A DNA stretch of 64,000 nucleotides from Alloascoidea hylecoeti (Eukaryota), in the NCBI GenBank assembly GCA_001600815.1, contig BCKZ01000028.1:124001-188000 (forward strand). The letters are read 5' to 3'. Both the position numbers and the translations under genes were made by a program. A model generated the notes under the pieces. It did no database searches. It saw only the letters and a list, made by a program, of their open reading frames with translations, and was not told the origin of the DNA. Within the stretch, counting starts at the first letter, position 1; each line of letters begins with the position of its first letter. Below are positions 49,370-59,366 of this stretch, one piece after another.

Positions 49370-51579
49370 ATATCGAATATAATTACCTCTTTTAACTTAT
49401 ACCAACATAATCTTACATAGCGTACTAGGGCTGCCGCTATATGAGCTAGATATAGTCTCCAATGTCCACTCTTTTTGCTAAAAAAAGGAGGAAGATCTTA
49501 TTATAGATGAAGAATGTCCATTTTTCTAACAGCATGGGATAAACCTGAAGCCCTACCCACTAAAACCCAGCAATTGAGTATCATCGAGACAATCGACCCT
49601 ACGACTGTAATTTGGGATTGAAGAAAGAATGAAGTTTCAGCTACAGAGCGTGTGATGAATCGAATGGATATGTAAGTGTATGGTTTATGGCAGAGAGCAT
49701 CATTTCAAGGTGAACTGGGGTATGAAGTTTGAACTCATGGACAAGATTAGATACAGAACCTCTGTATTTATGGCAGACGAATTGTAGGAAATAACAACTA
49801 TGTAAACGATGAATAAACCAACAAATAATTTGTATTATTACTACCATACTAAATAATGAATCCTCCTATTAAGCTGTGAAATTCGCGAGCTTATGTACGA
49901 AACAAATTCTAATGATATCGATAGAATCAAAAGAATACCTAAAAATTGGTAGATTTTAACATAGACATATAAAAGAGAATAATTAAAAAAGTGAATAGTT
50001 ATTATGAAACACAAGAAAAGAATGAGCAGACATTATATTCGTTACAAAAATTAATTGCAAACTTTAAGTTTACTTCCATCAGCGCCGTGCGTTGATAACA
50101 CTAATTTCATTTATAAATAGAAAAATTTTCAGCCATAGTCATCCAATCTGTTCCTGACGCTGAAGATCGTAAATCTAAAAATCGGGCCATTTTTAGTTTT
50201 TATTTGCTGTCTCATCTGAAACTTTATTATACACAGAAGATCTTTGTATACTAATTTTTTAATCGTGTGTGTATATGGTTGAACAGATTGGTTGAATAGA
50301 TTTTTTCTTGCAATTGAGTTATGTGGCACCATTGTGGTACACGAATATTCCCCCATATATCGTTTTGGTCGTAGGTGAATTAATTGTAAATGAATTTTCC
50401 ATGATTGTATCTTCTTTAAATTTTTTTTTTGAATTTATTAGTTATTAGTTTAATATATCGTTAATTAATAGGAATATCTAAATTTTTAGTATTTAACTGT
50501 AGTTAACAGTAATGATTGATATTCCTTCAATATCATTGTTAAAATTTACACATTAATATAGGGAAAATTCCAAAATATGCGACGCCTAAAGTTTACTTTC
50601 CTTTTACACAACCGCAACTCACTACCATGTCAATGAAAACTCAATTCAGAGCAAGAACGGGGCAATTGATGTTTGAAAATTGAGATTACACTGAGTCATT
50701 TTTAAGCACCGTTGAACCCTAAAGAATCCCGTAACAAGATTGTAAAAGAGTTAGCCAATTCTAGATCTTCCCTTAGGAATAAAAAATAGCTTAAATAAAA
50801 TTCTCCAATTGAGGATTTTAATAAAACAAAACAAAAACTTTCAGTTTGTCATGAAGATTTATTAGTAAAGCACATTAGGGGAATGACCGAAGGTGGCTGT
50901 GCTGATGATAGCTCGGGATCAATTTGAATCATTGAAGAGTATTTCCAGACAGGAATTAATTAATTCAACTACACACAGTTCTAGAAAAAAGAGATACCGA
51001 TAACGACGAATGAACAGTTACATGAGAAAAAAATGTTCCACGGCCTTTTCAGACATGTTAAAATAGCCGCCACGCACTCTTCATTCTTGTAGATTCTTGG
51101 CAAAGAATAAAGATAATATCCAAAGCAGGTTCAAATGGTTTAAGTGGTTAGATAAATATAAATACAAGCCATGCAACTTTTATAACGTAGAAGAGACTAG
51201 TTAACGTTGTATTCTTGATGATGTTGGAAGTCCGGGAAGGCACTGGCCCCAATGGAATTATCACCATCCACTCATCATGATCAGTTGATCCCTCTTTGAG
51301 AGGAACTTGACACGTTGAATGTGCCAATGTGATTCTATTTCCATCATAGTTATTTTTAAGTCAAACAATGGCCGGTATTCATAATCTATAGATATCAGAT
51401 GGTAAGAGAAGCGAAGATGGTTCGTCACTTGCTTAAGAAGTGGTTTATTAGTATCTATTTGATTATTGAATGGGTCAAAAACTGTTTCCAAAAAAAGATG
51501 AAACTTAATACTTCTCATCTTAGATGGTCTTGGAATGCAATTGCATAAAAATATATACCTATGATGATTTAGAGTCTAA

Positions 51580-52190
51580 CATATATTTTCCAAAAGGGTG
51601 GTATTCTTAGTATATAAATTTATAGAAGAGCAAGAAATTAGCCTTAAGTAAAAAACACATCTGGTTTTAGATAACCCATGGCTACCAACTTCATGATTGA
51701 TCAGTTGTTTATCTCCAAATATGCTAAAGCCTTCACCAGGGAGCTTAGAGACAATCGTTGGAATCGCTCCTTCTATTAGAAAAGGCACAGTAAATGATCG
51801 TAAAAACAAATTTGAAATTAATTTCCAAGCCAGAAAAGCCCTTTATTATAATGGAACGTCTAAAGAAGACATTACTAGTTTATCCACTTGATGATGTATA
51901 AAAATAAATAGATTTAAATGTATTTCAAATTTTTAGAAATTTCTGAAAAAATATGTTCATCTTGTTCTGCTGATTTTAGTCTGTCGAATGAAAAATACCC
52001 TTGTCAAGGTTATAAGTATAAGATTATGATGTGTTTTCGTACACACATTCCAAACAAAAATGTCAATATTATAAGCAGCCACTTAAGTTCTCTAAAAAGC
52101 CTCAACTCTTCCTAAAATAGTTCATATTGTTCCGTAAATCATAGAAATTCTATTAGGCTATATTTAAAGATATTTTAAGCTCAGTAGGTT
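51580..52190 (-). pseudogene. Possible relic of a Zn2Cys6 transcription factor (fungal-specific middle domain)
   Basis: Broken reading KFLKI*N...HQVDKLVMSSLDVPL resembles the W-x-D-x-G-x-P motif. It shares a 32/34-nt block with the relic at 53674-53707 and 56171-56204. Confidence 0.3.
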
Positions 52191-52202
52191 GCCTTAACAT
52201 CC

Positions 52203-52688
52203 TTAACCCTTCAACCTGCTGTCGCAAATGTTATTCCAAGTGAAGTTTCTTTTATTTTAGATACAAGACACGTAAAAAATGAAAAATTAACTGAAATGAT
52301 AAATGAAGCAAAAAATGAATTTCAAAAAATTGTTAATATAAATGAAAATTTAAATACGATTAAAAGTTCAAAATCACCATTAAGTGTCGAATTTGAACAT
52401 ATTTATACATCAAATGCTGTTAATTTCAATACAGATTGTATTTCATGTGTTAAAAAAGCAGCTATTGAAGTTGTTGGTGAGGACAAAACAATTGAAATCA
52501 TAAGTGGAGCTGGTCATGATTCATGTAGTACAAGTACAAGAGTACCAACATCAATGATTTTTGTTCCAAGTAAAGATGGAGTTTCCCATAATTTTGAAGA
52601 ATATACAAAACCTGAGGAATTAGCTGCTGGGGTTCAAGTTTTATTGAAGGCTGTGTTACGTTATGATGAGTTGAGAAAAGTTAAATAG
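52203..52688 (+). pseudogene. 5'-truncated duplicate of the PYD3-like amidohydrolase (last 161 codons)
   Basis: Begins abruptly at LTLQPAVANV at the arm boundary and matches the 3' end of 57190..58524. It lacks the GSHLD, NEEG and HIEQG metal ligands. Confidence 0.95.
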
Positions 52689-53016
52689 ACTAGTTCTGAG
52701 TAAATATCATCATGATCTTGTGTGTGTCCCCACATCACCAAGACACCGAACACACTGGCGAGCATCAAGGCAAACCATTTAATAATGAATAATCATCACC
52801 TTAAAATAAAGATAAAAAAGCTGTAAAATAATTTATGGCGAGCTACTTAAGCATAGTAAAAAAGAATAGAAAAAGAATATACCAAAATTGCTGTTGAGCG
52901 AACACATCGAACACATCGAACATAAATATTTTGTTAAATTACATATTTAATTCTCCTCCAATCATTGTAAATAGGGTTTTGATAAAAGAAATGAAAGAAA
53001 TGAAAGAAATGAGAAT

Positions 53017-53017
<1 letters not shown>

Positions 53018-53054
<37 letters not shown>

Positions 53055-53060
53055 TTTATG

Positions 53061-53092
<32 letters not shown>
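53018..53092 (+). repeat. Double poly(dA) tract A35-CTTTTATG-A32 (mirrored at 56786-56860)
   Basis: Read directly; preceded by short gaaatgaaa repeats. Confidence 0.95.
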
Positions 53093-53094
<2 letters not shown>

Positions 53095-53370
53095 AACGAC
53101 CTTTACTGGAAGTGACTGATATATAAATATAATGATGATTTTCTTATGAACATTCAAGATTACTTTATATATTTAAAGAAATGGCGATGAAATTTAAGAA
53201 TTAACTAATAAATTTATAATAAAATAAATTGAGTTTTCTATCTTTAATGACCGTTATATTTTAATTAGTCTTAAATAAATAATTCATTTGAATCTGAAAT
53301 ATAACTTATACCAATTAAAAGATAAAGACAATATCTCGTCTGGGAATAAAAGGATCAGTTGGTGTAAAAA

Positions 53371-53760
53371 ACACCTGATAAAAAAACCCTAGAAAGACTT
53401 GCAGTTAGGTTTTTTAGTGAATTGTTGTATCATTATGTATTATTTAATGTAACAGAACATTTATAATGGTGGTATAACATATTAGTGTTGGATATTTAGG
53501 TCAGAATACTGTTATGTTTAATTATAGGTACTTGACTGGTCCAGTAATATGTTTAAATAAGAGGAATAATATATAAGCAAGATTATATTATATAAAGAAA
53601 GAAATTATCGCTCCCTAAAAAGGATATTGAAAGATTCAGAATTGAGATTTATTATTCCTGTTTGGTTATTATTAACTTAAGTGACTTCTTATAATATTGA
53701 CATTTTTATTTATGAAGGATGTGGGTAGGGAAAAACATTGTAACTTTAAACATTATTACT
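53371..53760 (+). pseudogene. Possible second Zn2Cys6-TF middle-domain relic inside the IR arm (mirrored at ~56120-56507)
   Basis: TPDKKTLERLAVRFFSELLYHYVLFN resembles the LP-x-L-x-FF start of the fungal TF domain. It has nucleotide similarity to 52030-52185. Confidence 0.3.
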
Positions 53761-53788
53761 TTAACAAAAATCTATAAATTATATTCCA

Positions 53789-54724
53789 TTAATCAATATC
53801 TATAACAATTGTAGTTTTCCGTTTCTTTTGATTATGTTCTTTTGGTGATGTTTCTTCATCAGAACTACTCATTATTATAACATCTTCATCTTCATCAACA
53901 GAAATAATATCTTCTTGGTGTGATCTTTTATTCATACCAAAGTTTGATTGATTGATTTGAGGTTTAACATTACTTTTATTATGTGATTTCTGTTTCTGTT
54001 TCTGTTTCTGTTTCTGTTTCTGTGAGTGAAGTGGTTGTAAATTAGGAAATAAAGATCCATTTGGTTCATCTAAGTCAACATAAGTACATGTAGTATGATT
54101 CACCGGTATTGATGATTTTGATAATCGTGAACCAGGTGTATAAACTTGAATATCTCCTTTATTTTGAGTAGGTTGATTATGTTGATTACGCTTAATATTG
54201 TTTTTCGTATTGATTTTATTATTATCTGATAATTTAACCATATTTTGTTCTAAAAGATCAGGGAACTCGGTTTGAAACTCTTGATTTTCAGAGTTCCATG
54301 ATCTCGAATCTTTTGCAAATTTAATCTTTTGTTGATCCGGTATGTTTGGTAATGCACCATTAAGCATTTCATTTGAAGCCATAACACTTTGTAAACCTAG
54401 TAATATAGTTTCTATTCTCCAACTTGGATTCCAAGTTTCTGGATGAAAATCAGATATTGATAAACATAATCTAGTATTTGGACAAAATCTTCCATTTGGT
54501 GTAATCATTAAGATTGATGGTGGGTTTAATGGATAATTTGGTGGAAGTTTTAGCATTCCAAAATACTGTCCATTTGAATATGGTGTATCTGGAGCTCCAG
54601 TTAACACATAATACCAAGTCAAAATATCCGATTCTTTTGGTTGAGTTCTTATTAACGGAGTCGGCGAATTTTGAATGGATTTGTATTCACGGTTTAAACG
54701 TGTTATAGTAGTAGGTGAGGCCAT
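53789..54724 (-). CDS. Ubc6/UBE2J-type ubiquitin-conjugating enzyme lacking the tail anchor, 311 aa (left copy)
   Basis: [49 protein letters not shown] with the catalytic Cys intact. The C-terminal tail is hydrophilic. Confidence 0.93.
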   Translation of the reverse strand: [311 protein letters not shown]

Positions 54725-55153
54725 ATAATTAATCCTTTATAATTATATAAAGGAAATGAAATGTTAAACGGATCGTAATATTTTTTTGATAAATTTAAAA
54801 GAAATTAGAAAAGATGATAAAGTTTTAAGATTGATGGTTGCTTGGATGAGAATTAAATAATTTAAATTCCAAAACAATGCTTTGCTTAAATATAGACCAC
54901 GTTTTAGATACTATATTAGCAAAGTGTGTACATCTATTTTCACCCAGATAAAGTGTAGATATTCGCACAAAAGTACATGACCTGCTGTAATTTAAGTTAG
55001 ATTTTTTGAAATTTAAATTATTTAATTCTCATCCAAGCAACCATCAATCTTAAAACTTTATCATCTTTTCTAATTTCTTTTAAATTTATCAAAAAAATAT
55101 TACGATCCGTTTAACATTTCATTTCCTTTATATAATTATAAAGGATTAATTAT

Positions 55154-56089
55154 ATGGCCTCACCTACTACTATAACACGTTTAAACCGTGAATACAAATC
55201 CATTCAAAATTCGCCGACTCCGTTAATAAGAACTCAACCAAAAGAATCGGATATTTTGACTTGGTATTATGTGTTAACTGGAGCTCCAGATACACCATAT
55301 TCAAATGGACAGTATTTTGGAATGCTAAAACTTCCACCAAATTATCCATTAAACCCACCATCAATCTTAATGATTACACCAAATGGAAGATTTTGTCCAA
55401 ATACTAGATTATGTTTATCAATATCTGATTTTCATCCAGAAACTTGGAATCCAAGTTGGAGAATAGAAACTATATTACTAGGTTTACAAAGTGTTATGGC
55501 TTCAAATGAAATGCTTAATGGTGCATTACCAAACATACCGGATCAACAAAAGATTAAATTTGCAAAAGATTCGAGATCATGGAACTCTGAAAATCAAGAG
55601 TTTCAAACCGAGTTCCCTGATCTTTTAGAACAAAATATGGTTAAATTATCAGATAATAATAAAATCAATACGAAAAACAATATTAAGCGTAATCAACATA
55701 ATCAACCTACTCAAAATAAAGGAGATATTCAAGTTTATACACCTGGTTCACGATTATCAAAATCATCAATACCGGTGAATCATACTACATGTACTTATGT
55801 TGACTTAGATGAACCAAATGGATCTTTATTTCCTAATTTACAACCACTTCACTCACAGAAACAGAAACAGAAACAGAAACAGAAACAGAAATCACATAAT
55901 AAAAGTAATGTTAAACCTCAAATCAATCAATCAAACTTTGGTATGAATAAAAGATCACACCAAGAAGATATTATTTCTGTTGATGAAGATGAAGATGTTA
56001 TAATAATGAGTAGTTCTGATGAAGAAACATCACCAAAAGAACATAATCAAAAGAAACGGAAAACTACAATTGTTATAGATATTGATTAA
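55154..56089 (+). CDS. Ubc6/UBE2J-type ubiquitin-conjugating enzyme lacking the tail anchor, 311 aa (right copy)
   Basis: Same translation as the left copy. Contains a (CAGAAA)6 repeat encoding (QK)6. Confidence 0.93.
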   Translation: [311 protein letters not shown]

Positions 56090-56783
56090 TGGAATATAAT
56101 TTATAGATTTTTGTTAAAGTAATAATGTTTAAAGTTACAATGTTTTTCCCTACCCACATCCTTCATAAATAAAAATGTCAATATTATAAGAAGTCACTTA
56201 AGTTAATAATAACCAAACAGGAATAATAAATCTCAATTCTGAATCTTTCAATATCCTTTTTAGGGAGCGATAATTTCTTTCTTTATATAATATAATCTTG
56301 CTTATATATTATTCCTCTTATTTAAACATATTACTGGACCAGTCAAGTACCTATAATTAAACATAACAGTATTCTGACCTAAATATCCAACACTAATATG
56401 TTATACCACCATTATAAATGTTCTGTTACATTAAATAATACATAATGATACAACAATTCACTAAAAAACCTAACTGCAAGTCTTTCTAGGGTTTTTTTAT
56501 CAGGTGTTTTTTACACCAACTGATCCTTTTATTCCCAGACGAGATATTGTCTTTATCTTTTAATTGGTATAAGTTATATTTCAGATTCAAATGAATTATT
56601 TATTTAAGACTAATTAAAATATAACGGTCATTAAAGATAGAAAACTCAATTTATTTTATTATAAATTTATTAGTTAATTCTTAAATTTCATCGCCATTTC
56701 TTTAAATATATAAAGTAATCTTGAATGTTCATAAGAAAATCATCATTATATTTATATATCAGTCACTTCCAGTAAAGGTCGTT

Positions 56784-56817
<34 letters not shown>

Positions 56818-56823
56818 CATAAA

Positions 56824-56861
<38 letters not shown>

Positions 56862-57189
56862 ATTCTCATTTCTTTCATTTCTTTCATTTCTTTTATCAAA
56901 ACCCTATTTACAATGATTGGAGGAGAATTAAATATGTAATTTAACAAAATATTTATGTTCGATGTGTTCGATGTGTTCGCTCAACAGCAATTTTGGTATA
57001 TTCTTTTTCTATTCTTTTTTACTATGCTTAAGTAGCTCGCCATAAATTATTTTACAGCTTTTTTATCTTTATTTTAAGGTGATGATTATTCATTATTAAA
57101 TGGTTTGCCTTGATGCTCGCCAGTGTGTTCGGTGTCTTGGTGATGTGGGGACACACACAAGATCATGATGATATTTACTCAGAACTAGT

Positions 57190-58524
57190 CTATTTAACTT
57201 TTCTCAACTCATCATAACGTAACACAGCCTTCAATAAAACTTGAACCCCAGCAGCTAATTCCTCAGGTTTTGTATATTCTTCAAAATTATGGGAAACTCC
57301 ATCTTTACTTGGAACAAAAATCATTGATGTTGGTACTCTTGTACTTGTACTACATGAATCATGACCAGCTCCACTTATGATTTCAATTGTTTTGTCCTCA
57401 CCAACAACTTCAATAGCTGCTTTTTTAACACATGAAATACAATCTGTATTGAAATTAACAGCATTTGATGTATAAATATGTTCAAATTCGACACTTAATG
57501 GTGATTTTGAACTTTTAATCGTATTTAAATTTTCATTTATATTAACAATTTTTTGAAATTCATTTTTTGCTTCATTTATCATTTCAGTTAATTTTTCATT
57601 TTTTACGTGTCTTGTATCTAAAATAAAAGAAACTTCACTTGGAATAACATTTGCGACAGCAGGTTGAAGGGTTAAAATTCCAATACTCATTAATCCTTTA
57701 TATTTATGAGCAATTTCATTTGCTTTTACAATCATTAATGAAGATGCTAATAAAGCATCTCTTCTTGAATCCATTGGTGTTGTACCTGTATGTTGTGCTT
57801 TGCCTTTAACAATAATTTTATACCAAACATAGGCTTGAACCCCTTTAACAATACCAATTAATTTCTTTTCATTTTCTAAAATAGGTCCTTGTTCAATATG
57901 TAATTCAAAATGAGCAAAAATTGGATTATCAATATATGAAGCAGGAGTTTCACCTAAATAACCAATTCTAATCAATTCTTCTTTAACAGTTTTTGGTTTT
58001 AGATCAGTTACCGATTTAACAGAATACGCATCATTAATTGATAAATTTTGAGCCCAAACTGATGAAGACATAATACTTATTGGAAATCTTGCACCTTCTT
58101 CATTCATCCAATTAATTAAAACAATTGGATAATTTGGTATATAATTAGCATTTTTTAAAGTTTTTAAAACTTCTAAACCTCCCAAAACACCTAAGATTCC
58201 ATCATATCTACCACCAGTTGGTTGAGTATCAAGATGAGAACCAATAGCAGTCGGTGGTACAGAATTATCTTTACCTGGGAAAGTTGCAAAAATATTACCA
58301 ATTTTGTCAATTTTAACTGAACAACCAATTGATTTTGTTTCATTAATAAACCAATCTTTGACTAATTTATCTTCATCGGATAAAGCAAGACGACGAACTC
58401 CAGTTTGCCAATGTTCAGGACCCCATTTACCCTCAGCACCAAATTTGGCGGCTGTTGAATGGATTGACTCCAAAAGACGATCTTGAGAAACTAAAAGGAC
58501 GTTTAGATTTGAAGTTGAAGGCAT
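57190..58524 (-). CDS. PYD3: Beta-ureidopropionase / N-carbamoyl-amino-acid amidohydrolase (M20 family), 444 aa
   Basis: RLALSDED, GSHLDTQPTGGRYDGILGV, WMNEEGARF, HFELHIEQGPILE, HTGTTPM, SGAGHDS and MIFVPSKDGVSHN. Confidence 0.88.
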   Translation of the reverse strand: MPSTSNLNVLLVSQDRLLESIHSTAAKFGAEGKWGPEHWQTGVRRLALSDEDKLVKDWFINETKSIGCSVKIDKIGNIFATFPGKDNSVPPTAIGSHLDTQPTGGRYDGILGVLGGLEVLKTLKNANYIPNYPIVLINWMNEEGARFPISIMSSSVWAQNLSINDAYSVKSVTDLKPKTVKEELIRIGYLGETPASYIDNPIFAHFELHIEQGPILENEKKLIGIVKGVQAYVWYKIIVKGKAQHTGTTPMDSRRDALLASSLMIVKANEIAHKYKGLMSIGILTLQPAVANVIPSEVSFILDTRHVKNEKLTEMINEAKNEFQKIVNINENLNTIKSSKSPLSVEFEHIYTSNAVNFNTDCISCVKKAAIEVVGEDKTIEIISGAGHDSCSTSTRVPTSMIFVPSKDGVSHNFEEYTKPEELAAGVQVLLKAVLRYDELRKVK

Positions 58525-59366
58525 TATTTTTACGGAAATTGTAGTAAATAAGAAAGAAAGAAAGAAGATAGAGGAGTAGCAAGTTATGAGATCTTATACT
58601 ATTAATCACACTATATTAGTGGGTGAGATAAGACTCTTTTGATTGGTATATCTACACGTGACCTGAATTTTTTGATTTTGTTCCAGGCTAAGATAATTAT
58701 AATATCCAATTAGTGTGATTTCTATGACGCTAATGTCGGTTATATTCATAATTATAATCTAATTATTATCACATACATCATACTTCTAGATCTCACATAA
58801 TCCGACCTAAACAGTGAGCATTCTCGGTGTTATTACTTGCTTGAACACATCTAAATTTAAAAACTAAAATGGTGTATACAGAAATAACTTGTGGGGCGAT
58901 GTTTAGTTAACGTTCAGTTCATGAAGTAAACTTATGAAACAAACAACCGGATTCACCGAGGGATTCAAATAGATTCAAACACCCGTTTTTACAACCGAAA
59001 TATGATCATTTTGCATATATCCTTCTAAATCTGGTGAATAAAAATAAGGGATTGAAAATATTTTGAGTAAACACTTCCTATTCCAGTAGATCACATATAA
59101 TTAGCATTAAATCATCTGCAATTAAAACCTGGGGTCATAATAAACACTCGAGCCCCACGATTAGGCCACATTATTATCATTAAAAATCATTACCCCATGG
59201 GAATCCCGCAAATCATAGCATCGTGTTTCTCTTAGTATTTCTTAATATTGTAAAACTATAAATTCCGTCATTTTCCCCGTTCTTATTTTTCTTCATTATC
59301 TTCTTTAAACTTTACCAACTAATACTAATACAACACCCATATAATCCTACTAAAAGCCATTTCATA

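Larger units (their letters stand above)
52203..57675. repeat. Large inverted repeat: 2,666-bp arms (52203-54868 and 55010-57675) with 141-bp spacer
   Basis: Mirror coordinates all sum to 109878 (53789/56089, 54724/55154, 52688/57190). ORF translations and homopolymer lengths are identical in both arms. Confidence 0.98.

Noticed and set aside
52931..53119. 62-aa poly-Lys ORFs (also 56759..56947)
   Set aside because: These are translations of poly(dA) tracts with a TTG start.
52203..57675. Mating-type flip/flop inverted repeat or Komagataella-type IR centromere
   Set aside because: No MAT or SLA2 genes are present, the spacer is only 141 bp, and the arms carry intact protein-coding genes.
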